Below are positions 26,627 to 41,200 of a stretch of 64,000 bases of DNA, piece after piece (positions within the stretch are counted from its first letter, which is position 1; each line of letters starts with the position of its first letter). This stretch comes from Eledone cirrhosa (lineage: Eukaryota), in assembly GCA_964016885.1 (NCBI GenBank), contig OZ024743.1:30690001-30754000 (forward strand), read 5' to 3'. The translations under genes and the position numbers were made by a program. The notes beneath the pieces were generated by a model. The model saw nothing but the letters and a program-made list of their open reading frames with translations. It was not told the DNA's origin and ran no database searches.

Positions 26627-27017
26627 TAGATAAATCTACCAAAATATACGGTAGTGTCCAATCCGAATGAAGAACTCAATGTAATCCAGATATCATGAAA
26701 AGAGAAGATGTATTCAAAATTCTTTTTTTTTCGATGAAAAACGCAGGAAAACAGAGTCAAGATAAATTAATAATAATAATGAATAAAAACAAAGAAACAG
26801 TTCCATATATTAAAAAATTCATCATTTTACGATCGTTTCTAGGATATATATGTGTGTGTTGGTATGTATATCGTTTAGATCTATGTAAATTTTTTACAAA
26901 CTCTCAGAGGGAATATACATGCCTACACATATATATCCTAGAAAGGATCGTAAAATGATGATTTTTTTAATATAAGGAACTGTTTCTTTGTTTTTATTCA
27001 TTATTTTTATTAATTTA
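26627..27017. mobile_element. Fold-back non-coding element in (TA)n, same family as 62110-62525
   Basis: 26765-26860 is inverted at 26915-27015; contains a GAAAC-GATC-GTA hammerhead-like 3' half. Confidence 0.75.
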
Positions 27018-27039
27018 TATATATACATATATATACATT

Positions 27040-27672
27040 ATCTGAAATCGTGTGTTGAAACCGATATTGTTATACTTTGGGAGGGTCATGTTGCCAATAA
27101 GAATCACACGCACCAGCTGCTTTCACTTCAATTTATTATAATAAATTTATAAATTTAGGAATTTATAAATTTCCGGTTGGTTGGTTGGGTCCACAACCAG
27201 ATGGTTGTTTATATATTGTCAACGTTCTTTCATCACACATTATGTGACCTCTTCAGTGACTGGTGATTCTTTTATTTGTTTTTTGTGCCTCTCCTTTGTT
27301 CTGTCCTACGCCATCTTGTTTTTGTGTGTGTGTTGTGTGCTTAGTTTGCGCATGTGTTACATCCGGGTGTCTGTTTGTGTTTATATTTGTTTATTTATTT
27401 GTTTATTTACATGTTACTGGTTGGTTGTTTGTTCTATGTGCGTGTGTGTTTTCATTTTGTCCTTAATTGTAAGTTGTTATGTTGCTGTTCTACTCATGTT
27501 TTCTATTTAATTTTGGTTGGAGTTCATTTATGTTTATTGCCTCTATGATTTGTCTAAACATTGCGTCTTTTCTGTGTGTAAATTCTATTTTTATTTCTAT
27601 GTTCTCCAATTTACCCTTATGTTCTATTTTAGCATGTTGGTAGAGTACAGATGATTCTTTACTATCTTGAAG
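27040..27672 (-). mobile_element. Naiad-like PLE 3' fragment
   Basis: Near-identical to the reverse complement of 46550-47185. Confidence 0.85.
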
Positions 27673-27925
27673 AAATACTGGATAAACGAGAAATTAATGC
27701 AAATATGCCACTAAGAAATATAGAAGGCACGGAAAAAAGGTACAGCGGTCGGAGAAGGGTGGCAAGTATCCGAAGTCTAACACCTCTGCTATAAAAAGCG
27801 GAGTCAGCCAAATCTATCATTGAATAGTGGAGGGGGAGGGGGTGCTGAAGCTATAAGGGACCGAGGGGCTACCTCGGGTGGGCGAGAAAAAGACGACGAC
27901 AAAGAAAAGGAACTTGGGTAGAAGG

Positions 27926-28242
<317 letters not shown>

Positions 28243-28245
28243 ATA

Positions 28246-28276
<31 letters not shown>

Positions 28277-28428
28277 ATATAATGATTTCTTTATTTACCA
28301 CAATGGTTTACATAAAGTAGACATTAAGGACAGTGCAGGACAATACAGTACGGTACAAATTGGCATGTCTGCGTGTAAAAAACAAAAACAGAGGATGTAA
28401 CAAAAAAATAACAATGAAAAAGGCCCAT

Positions 28429-31400
28429 TCACTCGGGCCATCTTGCTTCTCTCACCAGTCTTTCAACAAAATGCTGGGAAGAGAGCACTTCCCTCTCTAC
28501 TCTGATTTTCCTTTTCAAATGAAATTTGAAAAAGTCAATCAGAACATCACCGAAGAGGTAAGTGCTCGTCTTCAGCCCTTTCAAACGTGTCCACCATACT
28601 ATCTCTTTTGCCATGGCCACCAGACAGATAAAAACTGCCTGCCCTTCCCGGCTAAAGGAGGAGGGCGGGGCAATCCTCACGATGGACTCAGATGATAGCC
28701 GGATCCGTCCTACACGCGACAGCAGGTGTTCGACATAAACACACAAGTCAGCAAATTTTCGGACGCTGGACGAGTGCGTGCAGGACGGTTTCGTCGCCCT
28801 GCGCGCATCTCGGACATGCCCGCCTGACGGCACCTCCATGCCTGTAGAGTTTATCCCGAACTGGCAAGGCTCCTCGGTAGCACTGCCAGGCCAGAGAGTT
28901 CTGGAAGTTGTCCATAGGCTCTGGTTCGAAAGTTCTTCCGAAGAGATTGGCTAGTTGATTTTCGTCGACGCCTAGAATTTCCCCAAGTACACGTCGCTCT
29001 TCCCCTCCACTAATCCTCGCTAGAACGCCGAGGTGGAGTTTCCACCGATCACATTGCCCGATTGGTCGAGGGCTGTGAGCACCTGAAGCCATTCCAGTCT
29101 CCAGGCGCTCCCTCACGGTCTTCACTTGACCCAGGACTGCAGCTCCGTCAAGGAGACGAGCTGGGGAAATATGTGTCTAGCAAACGGCGACCACACCTGA
29201 TCACCGTCGAGGAAGAGGTGGAGATGTCGTAGCCTGAGCGCGTGTCTGCGCATCATCAGCCACGGCATTCCCAGCCCTCCACGTAGCGGGTGTTGACAGC
29301 AGATGGACCGCCTAACCATCGGAGCGCGTCCCTTCCACAAAAAGCGAAAGAGCGAAAGAGCAAAAGCTCCAGCGCAGTCAGGCGGGGCTTAGGACAAGGT
29401 ACGACGGTCAGGCGGTAGCAGATGACAGACGCGATGTACGCGTTAGCCACCTCCGCTCGACCTTTCAGGGATAGCTTCATCTCCGCCCATTTCTGGGTGA
29501 GAGAAGCCACCCTGCTCGTCACCTCGTCCCAGTTTTTGTCCGTCTGGAGGTCAGGACCGAACCACACCCCTAGCAGTTTAACCGGTCCGTCCGTCCAGCG
29601 TCTGACGACGCTGTTGGACGGCATGGGCCTGCCTCTCCAGGTGCCGAGCTGCAGGCCCACTGACTTTTCCTGGTTGATCATTGCTCCTGTCACCGCTTCG
29701 TATTGTCGTAGTGTAGTGCCAATCGCCTCGATGTGTTCGGCGTTCGACACCACTACGTTGACATCGTCCGCATATGATGACACGGATCTTCCGCATCCTA
29801 GTTCGCGCGGGACGCCCCTCAACGTCTCCAGTTTGTGCAGTAAGGGCTCGAGAGTCAATACGTATAAGAGGGACGAGAGGGGACATCCTTCGCGGACCGA
29901 GCGCATGATGTTGAACGGTTCCGAAAGGTTACCGTTCACTCACACCACAGAGCAGATGTCGCTGTGCATGGCAGCGATCCAGCCTCTGAAGACGGGCCCA
30001 ATAACAGCCGCCCTCAGGACTGCCGCTAGGTAACGATGGTCGACTCTATCGAAAGCTTTCGACTGATCTAAATTGATCAAGGACCCACCCGTGCCAGGTT
30101 CCTTAGCTACCCTCTCTACGATGTATCGCATGAGGTAGAGGTTGTCGTGGATGGATCTGTCGGGAATGGCGCATGTCTGTGCCTCTCCCACCAGACCACC
30201 AACGACAAGCGCCAACTTCTTTGCTAGCACCTTGGCCAAAATCTTGAACTCTGTGTTTAGCAGAGTTATGGGCCTGAAATTATCTCTGTTATCCACCTTG
30301 TTCGGATCCGTTCTCAGCAGTGCCACCGCTCCTCGGCTCACAGAACTGGGAATTCTCCCGTTCTGTTGCCAGTTGCAGTAGACGTCCGCCAAGAGGCCTC
30401 CGAACAAGTCTGGCATCTGTACGTAAAGTTCATAGGGCTGACCATCCAAACCAGGCGATTTACCCCTTGTGCAGCCAGTCATTGCCTTCCTTGCTTCAGC
30501 GGCTATAATCGGCTTTTCGCAACACTCCGCCTCAGTGGCCGAGAACCGCGGTAGTCCGTCGAGGTAGACACTAAAGTCCATTCCTCGACCCGGCCCACCG
30601 CTGCCCCCGAACAGCTGAGTGAAGTGTCGCTGAAAAGCTTCACACATTTTCCCGGGATCGAGTAGCATGCGCCCGTCGTGGTCCACCAAAGACCGGGTCG
30701 TGGATTTGTTGCCACGACGCGCCTCCGCCACTCCAGCCCATTGAACGGCTTTCGTCCCCTCGTGTCTGAGAGCACGCACCCTAGCTCTGACTACGCAGCC
30801 TTCGTGCTTTGCATTGAAGAATTGGTCAAGGGCCAATTTCGCCGCAAGCACGTCGGTCGCAATGCCTTTGCTAGCGCCTCGTCTAATTTTCTAACTAGTT
30901 CTCCCTCTGCTCTATTTTTCTCTATTGCTAAAGCCTTACTAAAGCTAATGGATTCTATTCTAATCGCTCTTTTCAGAGCAACCACCACTTGTGGTTGACG
31001 ATGGCCCCCGTCAACGCCCGCTTAACTAGTTCGCTAATCCGGTCTCTGTAGGCCTTGCGCGCTGGTAAGGACGCGTTTAGCTTCCAGTAGCCGGGTCCTC
31101 GTCTATGAAGCCTATCTAAGTCAAGCACACACATCACGAATTTGTGGTCCCTGTAGCTGACTATCTTGAATTGTGGACAGCCTATGCTAAACCTATATAT
31201 TTCCCTACAAAATACTCTATCTAGATATGATCTGGATGACCCTATACGATTTGTCCAAGTCCACATTGGCAGATTCTTGAAATCCAATCGGTACCTGTCA
31301 GACAGTTCAAAACGCCTGAGCAGGTTGGTGAGGCTCTTGCACCATCCACCCCTATCCGCTAATCCCACACAGTCCCAGCGTGCATCTAAGATCCCGTTCC

Positions 31401-31824
31401 AGTCGCCCACTAACACTAAAGAGCGGGACGTTCCAAGAAAGGTCTCCAGACGCCGGAAGAAATCAGGCCGCCCTGCTCCTGTCGGGGCATAGACGGCCAC
31501 TAGCCTGAAAGCTTGCCCGCCTCCGCTGGTCACGTCCAGCACCACCAACTTACCCTCTGGGTCCAGGAAGATGACCCGTATGGCGAGATCCAAACCTCTC
31601 CGAAAAAGCACAGCAACTCTTCCCCCCGATCCAGGACGGCTGGGAGATGCGTACACATCGTAGCTGCCGAAGATCGGTGCGAAGGCCCGTGCTTCGGAGA
31701 TTCTGGTTTCGCTGATGGCCACTACATCTATGTTTAGTGACCTGAGGTCGTTGAGCAGGTGACCCTGCTTCCATGACGACACCAAGCCACGCGCATTTAT
31801 GCTGGCTATTCTGAGTGAGATCAT
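28429..31824 (-). pseudogene. Tx1 ORF2 (APE-RT-Cys), several frameshifts
   Basis: MISLRIASINARG, GDWN, YLDR, DH; KSPGLDG, FRPITLLN, KAFDRVDH, EGCPLS, SYADD; CPRC..ET..H. Confidence 0.93.
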
Positions 31825-31859
31825 GTTTAAAATAGAATGGAAAAGATGGGAAAGACCAC

Positions 31860-33933
31860 TTACCGTACTTTTCGTAGAGGAGGGATGGTTTTTCCATCCC
31901 TTTTCACTTGATCGTCTGGTGAAGGGACCTTTGAATCGTCCCTTCGGCTGGTTGTCGGCTCTTCTTTGAGTATGTCCGAATATTCTCTTCGATTGAGAGT
32001 CCCTCCTAGGTCTCTGAAATCACCAACTGCGTTGGGGAATTTCGTTTTAATGTTTGTGTATTGTTTCTGAGCTGTTTTTAGCAGTCTTATGTTAGTTGGC
32101 GTTTTGATTGGTGCTGGTATTATGTAGTCGTGTTGTGAAATGTATGTGTGTTTAATTATGTAAGTCATTAGTTTCTTGTTGCGTGTATTTATTGTCGTGC
32201 ATTTGTTTTTCTGGGCTTGGGGTGTGGTTCTGCTATTTTCTTGTTGTTGTTGCTGGGTGTGTGTGTTTTGTTGTTGTGTTTGCGATGTTGGTGCTTGTGG
32301 GGGTGGTGTTGAAAGTGTTGTTGTTGTTGGCGGTGGGGTTGTCGTCGGTGGTGATGGTGATGCTAGTGTGGGTGGTGATGGTGTTGGTAGTGTTGCTGCT
32401 GTGAGTCTCTTTGCAGTAGCCTTTACCCTTTTGTCATTTCTTTCCCCCCTTTTCGAAGGCGACGATGCGCTGCTTCTGCGTTTGTGCTTTCTTACGACCT
32501 TTTGCCATCCCTCTCCTACCTCACACTCCATGTCTGATTCTGTGAGGTCGGGGAGGGGTACCAGCTCCACTCTTTCACTTGTTGTTGGTGATGTTTGCAC
32601 TAGAGTCTCTGTTGCAGCTGCATTTGGTATTGCTGTTGTTGTTGTTAATACTTCCACTGCTGCTGCTGTTTTTGATTTCCGTGGCGTGGGTATGGGTGCC
32701 ACGGACCTATCGTTCCTGGTTGCCGCTTGTCCTGTTGCTGGTAGCCGTGGAACCTGTTTCGGAAGGAGGGGGGGGGTTCTCTTTTCTCAGGGTCTTCTCG
32801 TTGCAGAAGGCCCTGAGGTGAGTCTTCGATCCACAGCGAATGCATTTCGGGCGTTTGCCCTCAACACTTATGGGCAATTGAGTGCCGTTATCGAAGTCTA
32901 TCACATCCGGGATAGCTTCGATGCACTCCTGGTTGGTTTGGATTAACATCTCAATGGAGGTGCCAACCCAATCTTCTCTTACTTTTTTCTGTACTTGCAT
33001 TACAGTTGTTTTGTCCTCGATTCCGTCGAGGACAGATGCGGGCAGCCAAGAAGGGGCCATCCCGGGATGGACGTGGGTCAGTTTGACCCTCACAATCTTT
33101 TGCCCGCAGTAGGAGGGCACCAACAACATTTCCTCGCTCCTTAGGGTCACTAAGGATTGATCCTTTGCCTCCTGGAGTGTGGCAAAAAGTACGTCTACGG
33201 TGGCATATTTCTTGCCTCGGGTGATGTGCGTTTTCCGCTGCCACACAGACCCCAAGGCTTTTTGTATTTGAGCCTCTGTGGCTCTTTCAACACTACGGGA
33301 TTTTGTACTTACTGTACGGTACGTGACCGTACAGTGCTGTTGGGTTTCGAAAAATGTTTCCGCTGCCTTGCAGATTGCTCGGTGTCCGATTTTTGTCACC
33401 GTCTTCTTCGCTTCCTCAAATTCCTCATTTGTTATGAGGTTCGTTTCCAGGTTCTTTGCGATACCTGCAAACGAGATTGGTTTTTCTTTGCTGCTGTTGT
33501 TGTTGTCGTCGTCAGAGCTGCTGTTACTTTTGCTGTTGCTGCAGGTACTACGACTACTGCCGCGGCCGCTGTTGCTGTGGTTGTTGTTGTTGTTGCTGCT
33601 GCTAATGCTGTTGTTGTTTATGCTGCTGCTGATGCTGTTGCGGCTGCTACTGTTGTTTTGATTGTCAATGTTGCTGTTGTTATTACGGCTGCTACTGCTA
33701 TTATTCCTGACGTCAGACGAATGAAATGGGTTTTCGTATTTCCCGGAAACCTATTTCGTCGTTGTTGTCGTCGTGGAGAAATATTGCACGCTTTGCACGA
33801 GACTTTTCTTTTCTGTCGTCGCTTGCGAAAGAGAAGGGAGGGAGAGAGACACATTTAAAGAAGTAGTGACGATTGAGGAAGAAGAAGACGGAATGAGTGG
33901 GAGTGACCTATGAAAATTATTTTTCGTAGCCAT
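31860..33933 (-). pseudogene. Tx1 ORF1 with CX2CX4HX4C zinc knuckle
   Basis: CIRCGSKTHLRAFC; ATG at 33933; stop about 35 nt before the ORF2 ATG. Confidence 0.85.
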
Positions 33934-34148
33934 GTTGTTTTTTTGTTTAAAATAAATATTGGGCACAAAACCCCAATAAGCAGTTATTTAACCCCGAAGG
34001 CCCAAATAAGGGACAGAAAGCCCCCTCTCACGAGGAGGAGGGTGTTTTTGTCTACAAGTTGGTTAAAGTTTTAAACAATTTACAATTGTTATAGCGTTCA
34101 AAATTTACAATATCTTACAGAGCCGAGCCTCCGTCAACCATAGCATTC

Positions 34149-34149
<1 letters not shown>

Positions 34150-34185
<36 letters not shown>

Positions 34186-34204
34186 TTAATAATAATAATA
34201 ATAA
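34150..34204. repeat. (TAA)n tract between head-to-head Tx1 and R4
   Basis: Direct reading. Confidence 0.95.
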
Positions 34205-37200
34205 ATGATAAAGAAATGAATGAGAATGAACTTGCCAACTTGAAGGATGAAATTATGATCGAATGGATGAAAATGAAAGAATCTGACATGGGGCACCGAG
34301 ACACCCTCCCTAAGATCCAGAACTCCAAACAGAACCAAAAGATAATACACAAGACTAACATAATTCTCAAAAACATTATCATCACAAACAAACTAAACAT
34401 TACTGATTTAAATCATCTCTATTATGCATCGGCTAAAGTCACCACTCACTTATGTGGAGTAAAGACGAAAAAACAAAGGAATTCCCACAAGAAATCTACT
34501 TGGCAAGAGAACATCAATCGCCAAATAAACCTTCTCCGATCTGACATTGAAATTTTAACAAACTATAAAGTAGGTGAACATGTTAAACAAACTAAACTTA
34601 GAAAATTGAAAAAAAAGTACAGTATAAAATCAACATGTGACATAGACATGCTGATAGAAATAATCAAGCAAAAAGTGTCGGCCAAAGCTGCTCGTATAAG
34701 GCGCTTTGCAAAACGATCTAGATTCTATAAGGACAATAATATGTTCAAAAACAACCAAAGAAACTTCTACAGAAAAATTGGTAAGTCAACAATAACTGCT
34801 AAATCAATACCACCCAAGGAGGAAGTGCAAGAATTCTGGGAAAAGATATGGACCGAAGAAAAAGTTCATAACATACATGCCCCATGGATAGATAGACAAA
34901 TAAAAGATACAGCTCACCTTGAGCAACAAACATGGGAAAATATAACAGTTGAACAGTTGCGCTTGGCTCTAACAAAAACCAGCAAATGGAAATCCCCAGG
35001 AAAAGACAAAATACAAAACTGTTGGATAAATGCCTTCACAGAGTCTCATGAGCTGTTAGCCCAACTTTACAATGAAATAGTTAAGGAGCTAGAAAAGATA
35101 CCATCATGGCTAGTTAACGGCATTACATTCCTGCTTCCGAAGAATGATGAGACAAACAATACCAAAAATTACAGACCGATAACTTGCTTGACAACAATAT
35201 ATAAAATGTTATCATCAGTCCTAACTGAATACACATATGACCACCTGATAACAAATGACCTATTTCCCATTGAGCAGAAAGGGTGTAATAGAGGCTCATA
35301 TGGCTGTAAGGATCAGCTTCTGGTTAACAAAATGATACTGGATACATAATAGACACAAAAAGCTATCGATTGCTTGGATAGATTATAAAAAAGCATTCGA
35401 TAGTTTGCCACACAGTTGGATTGAAAAATGTTTAGAGATTTTCAAAATATCCCCCGTTGTCAGGAGGTTTTTGTCATTCAGTATGAAGACATGGAAAACG
35501 ACACTCCTTTTGAATAGTGAAACAAAATCACTGGAAGCTGGAGAAGTTAATATTAATTGTGGAATTTTTCAGGGTGACTCTTTATCACCGCTTTTATTCT
35601 GCATCGAACTTATACCATTAAGTAAAATGCTCAATGAAACAAAACATGGATATAAAGTCTATGACAAAACCATTAATCACCTGTTCTACATGGTACATGG
35701 ATGACCTGAAACTATTTGCAAAAAATGATGAACAATTGCAAGGGCTATTATCCACTGTGAAGCAGTTCAGTGATGACATTAAAATGGAGTTTGGACTAGA
35801 TAAATGCGCTAAAGCAACGTTCACCAGAGGAAAGCTGCTGAAGAGTTCAGACATTAATCTTGATCGGGGGAACGTGATAAGAGAACTTGATCAAGAAAAA
35901 ACTTACAAATATCTAGCACTCGACAATGAGGGAAAGGATAAGGAAGGAATGTTACCGCAGAGTAAGAGCAATCTTAAGAACGGAATTGAATGCAAGGAAT
36001 AGGATCGATGCCATAAACATGCTTGCCATACCAGTAGTAACCTACAGTAACAATGTCATCAACTTGTCAAGCACAGAGATCCGTAGGCTTGACACAAAAA
36101 TTCGAAAATTCTTAACCATGGACAGAATGCATCACCCTAAGGCAGATATAGATAGAATATATCTCCCTAGGAAAGAAGGAGGACGAGGGTTAATCCAGTT
36201 AGACATTACGTTGAAAACTGCAACAATTGGATTATCTACATATCTAAGGGAATCACATGATTGGATGATCAAACTCGTTTTGAAACACGAAAGCATCAAA
36301 AGATCATATTCCATTACAAAAGATGCACAAAGATAGAGTAATGGACTACAAATTTCAGAAGTCCCATTTACTGCTGAAATGGAAAACACAGAAAAAGCAA
36401 AGCAGGTAAAAGTAACTGCAAAGAAAGAACTGCTAGAGAAACTGGCTAAGAAATGGCAAGAAATGCCTCTGTATGGAAAATACCCAGATCGAGCTAACAA
36501 TCCTGATGTTGACAAAACTTTAACCCATCAGTGGTTGGCATCCTTTGGACTGAAATCGGAGACTGAATGACTGATTATATCGGCACAATATCAGTGTCTG
36601 CCAACAAAAAATTACCAAGCCAACATAATCAAAAATGGGTGCAGCCCATTATGCCGTGTATGCAAAAAACAACCAGAGACCATTGGCCATATAATTTCAA
36701 CGTGCAGTACTATAGCTCGAACCGAATACCTAAACAGGCATGACAGAGCTGCACAATACATACATTGGATAATGTGTAAGCATTTTGACCTGCCCCATCA
36801 AAAGAATTGGTGGGAGCATCAACCACCTCCCATACTTGAAAAAGATCACATCTCAATCTTGTGGAACTTTAGCATCCAAACAGACCGAAAAATAGATGCA
36901 AATAGACCTGATATAATATTGAAGGACTTTCAAAAGAGGGTATGCCTGCTAATTGATATGTCTGTTCCAATAGACAAGAATGTATCTATAAAAACATTTG
37001 AAAAATTGAGCAAGTATAAGGACCTGGAGATAGAAATTGGAAAAATGTGGAGATTGAGAACTAAAACAATACCAGTGGTTGTAGACGCTCTGGGAATGAT
37101 ACCTAAGGGGTCTAATGACTACTTATCGCAAATCCCAGGAAACCCGCCTATAGGAGAAATACAAAAGAAAGTACTAATGGGAACTGCCCATATACTAAGG

Positions 37201-37380
37201 AACATTCTGTCAATATATGTACATCACAAGTCTAAACACTAAAGATGCATGTGTGAATATGTATGTTCTTTCTTGAACATGGCGGACCTTGTTGTCTCTT
37301 GAGGTCACTGGTTGTGACTTGGTGATAACTCATATGAACATAAAGCAAGATAAATGCAACTGTAATAATAATAATAATAA
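34205..37380 (+). mobile_element. R4/Dong LINE, 5'-truncated, disrupted RT-RLE ORF (34216-37242)
   Basis: WKSPGKD, NYRPITCL, EQKGC, GIFQGDSLSPL, YMDD (broken by a 7-bp duplication), CCHC region, RHD, NRPDII..D; ends in (TAA)n. Confidence 0.92.
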
Positions 37381-37384
37381 TTAA

Positions 37385-38240
37385 AGGAAGAAGACGCACG
37401 AGGTGGTGGAAGGTCATGAAATCGCTCCCGTAAGTTTTGAATTTTTAACATATTTAAATCATTTGTGAAATAACAACTCTTAGTACAAATGCTACGTAAA
37501 GCATCCGGCTTGAGCCCCAAAAAATTCGGACCCAAAATATATTGTTATAAGGCTCAAATATTCAAATATTCAACTTTGTATTGTACATTGTATAGTCCAA
37601 AAAGAAAATGGCTATAAATGGAAGAATAACCCCCCCCCCCCTCCTCTGTCTACACTATATAGAACAGCCAAACAACACCAATCTCACCAACACCAGAAAC
37701 TAGATACACCACCTACCCCATTACCTCTCTGTGTACACTAAACACAACAGCCAGATAACGGCAATTTTACCACCACCACCACTCACTACTGCCATCATTA
37801 CCACCACTATCCCATCACCGCCGCCACCACTCCTACATTGCTACCACCGCTACAACACCATCACTACAGTAATACGATCACATCACCACCACTGCCTCGG
37901 TATCGACATCACCACCACCACTGTCTCAGTATCGCTACCGCCGCTACTGTCTCCTACTTACCCTGCTAGCTGCTGCCACCACATTATAGAATTCCTACTA
38001 CTAAAAAAGAGGAAGGCATCAAAATATATAGATAGACTCAAAAGAAAAAAGGAAAAACAAACAACAAGACCAAAGCAGCACAGAAACAACAGCAAAAAAC
38101 GAGAAAAACAAACAGGGAAAAAAAAAAAAAACAAGAAAAAAAAAAGAAAACGTAAAGGAAATAATAATGAAGAGAGAAACAAGCGGACGGACAGAGAAGA
38201 GGGGGAAAAACTAAGTCAGACATTCGAACACTACATTACA
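37385..38240 (+). mobile_element. Probable 5' end (UTR + ORF1 start) of another Tx1-like element
   Basis: Composition and motif (ttgagccc.aaaa, ...aaATGGCT at 37608, Thr/Pro-rich ACC tract) resemble 497-1100. Confidence 0.4.
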
Positions 38241-38269
38241 ATGAAACTTATACTTATTCATTTTGGGGG

Positions 38270-41200
38270 TCTTTTCTGCCTGTGTGTTTGTTTGTTTATT
38301 TGTGTTCGTCTACAGCGTGGTGATAATGCCACACAAGTGCCGAGTGGAGCGGCGCAAAGACCGGCGACGGTGAATCCACAGATGGCTATGTAACCATACA
38401 ATCGCCAATCCTCGATAAGAGTGTTTAAATATCGAACCTAAACAGTTCGAATAACGGTGAAATGGAGACTAGAACGTCATGTGACATACTCTCACCCAAC
38501 AGGTGCTCCCTGGCTCAGCAGCAGGAACCTGACTGTCAACCAAATACTGCTGATGTTGGAGGAAGAAGAAGAAGGAAAAGGGGCCAGAACCAACTGGACG
38601 AAAGAATTGAATAGAACTGTTATGCAATGTTACCTGAAAAGTAACTCCAAGGAGAGGGGCTATAGTAGACGGATGCATAACATCTGGAACGAGATTGGTC
38701 TATTTAAATTAGATGAACAAAAATTGGCCGGGCAGGCTCGGGTAATAAGAACTAATGGGTGGATAAGCGAGCTGGAACTGGAGGAACTGAGCAGAGAGAA
38801 TAGCTTGGAGATGGAGGGTGTAGTATGCCAGACAAACGAGCCAGTGGGAAATGAAGGTGAAGAGGTCGACAGAACGGAGGAACCACCCGAAGCAGACAAT
38901 GATCTGAATACTGAGATAAATAATACCTGGAACAGAGATACGGCCACTGAGGAGATGAATGCTGACGGGCTAGGACAAGATTCGGTTGACATCCTAAATT
39001 TAGTGGTAGATGAACTGAACAATGATAGTGGGAGACCTATGAACCTAAGATTTGTAGACAGGAAAAAGTTAAAAGAAACAACAGCTAAGGTAAACAAAGT
39101 CATCTCATACCTTGAGGCGAGGAGCCTTCACCAGTGCAACAATATCCTCAAAGCAAAAGCAAATACGGTGAGGAAACTACTTGGTATAAAAGCGAGAGGA
39201 AACAACAGACAAGAAAGAGCAGAGCCTTGGTGGAAGAAACGACTGAGTGGTCAAATCAAGGAAATGAGAAATGACATAGGAAAGCTTGAGTCACTACTGA
39301 ATGGGACACTAAAAAACATAGGCACTAAAAATAGACTGGAAATAAAGTACAAAACTAGGAGGAAAAAGCTAAATATTATCATAGAGGAACTGAAGCCACG
39401 CATTGTAGCAAAGAGTGCAAAAATCAGGCGATACGAGAACAGAGTCAGTCAGTATAAACAGAACCGCATGTTCGACAACAACCAGAAGATGTTGTTTGGA
39501 CAGCTTGAGGGGAAAGAAAGAGGCAACGACTTGATCCCTGGGGCGGAACAAACTAAAACATTCTGGAGAGGAAAATGGGAGCAGGATGTTAGACATAATG
39601 ACCAGGCAGGGTGGATTGAGACAGTACAGAGGGAGATCGGTGAGCAGGCACACCAACAAACTGATTTGAGTATCACAGTTGAAACTCTTAAGGGGCAGGC
39701 CAAAAAACTAACCAACTGGAAATCACCAGGCCCAGATGGTGTGCAGGGGCATTGGATTACAAATTTAACATCCCTCCACCCGAAGCTGACGGCCATGTTC
39801 AATGACTGCTTGGTGTCGGGTGAGGTGCCAGAGTGGTTGACAAAATGTACCACAGTTCTGATAATGAAAGACCGAATCAAGGTTGATGATGTTACCAACT
39901 ATAGACCCATCACATGTCTGTCCGTAATGTGGAAACTGTTGACGAGCATTGTGTCTGCGGAAATCTACCATCACCTCCACACAAACAACTTGTTACCGGA
40001 CGAACAGAAAGGATGCCGAAAGAAGTCACGTGGTACAAAGGACCAGTTACTTATTGATAAGATGGTAATGGGGAATTGCAGGAGGAGACACACTGATCTT
40101 GCCATGGGATGGGTAGACTACAAAAAGGCATTTGACATGGTGCCTCATTCTTGGATCACCAAAAGCCTGGAGATCTTCAAAGTGGCAGATAACATCAGAC
40201 AGTTGCTGGGCAGGAGCATGGGGTCCTGGGAGACAGAGTTGACATCAACTGGAGAATCCTTGAGAAGCGTGAAGATCAAGAGAGGTATCTTCCAGGGAGA
40301 TAGCCTGTCCCCTCTGTTGTTTGTCCTTGCCTTGATGCCCTTGACCATTATGCTGCGAAAAGTGAGAGCAGGATACAAGTTGGGAAAGGTAGAGCTTACC
40401 ATCAATCACCCCCTCTTCATGAACGATCTCAAGCTCTTCGGGAAGAGTGAGAAGGAGTTGGATGTGCTTGTTGACACTGTCCGTATTTTCAGCAGTGATA
40501 TATGTATGCAGTTTGGTATTAGTAAATGTGGAGTCATTGTGATGAGGAAGGGTAGGTTGAGCAGAAGTAACGGAATCCAGATACCAACAGGTGAGATGAT
40601 AAAGGAAATTGACTCTGAGGAAGGATACAAGTATTTGGGCGATCTGGAGGCTGATGGCATAAAGAACAAAAAAATGAAGGAATTGTTAAGAACTGAATAC
40701 ATTCGGAGAGTAAGGAGCGTATTGAAGTCACATCTGAACAGCAGAAATGACATAAACGCAGTAAATTCCCGAGCTGTGTCTATTATTAGGTACAGTGCGG
40801 GAATTCTGAGATGGAATGTTGCTGAACAAAAAGAAATGGATAGGAAGACTAGGAAGCTATTGACTATCCACAACATGTTCCACAAGAGGAGTGATGTCGA
40901 TAGACTCTACCTAAGGACATCTGAGGGTGAAAGAGGTCTTATCAGCATAGAGGACTGTGTTCGAATGGAGAAAAACAACCTATACAAATACGTGACCTAT
41001 AGTAAGGAGCCAATGCTCAGAACTGTACTGAAGGAGGGGACAGTAGGCCAGGGGATGTCCAAGGAGGAAATAACATCAAGGAGAAAGAGCAGCCTTCAGG
41101 GAAAATCCCTTCATAGTACCTTCTTTGAGAAAACTGAATTTAGAGATCCACAGACATGGAACTGGTTGAGAAGAGGAGACCTCAAAAAGGCTACAGAAGG

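Larger units (their letters stand above)
28283..34149 (-). mobile_element. Tx1 LINE subfamily A, full length, frameshifted
   Basis: ORF1 + ORF2 + 3' end ...AATAAAGAAATCATTAT; (TTA)n on its sense strand at both ends. Confidence 0.93.

Noticed and set aside
32176-33858. Long plus-strand ORFs (256 and 233 aa)
   Set aside because: Antisense shadows of the low-complexity Tx1 ORF1
38270-38456. HDV-like ribozyme at the R4 5' end
   Set aside because: Could not build the nested double pseudoknot by eye; needs a descriptor search
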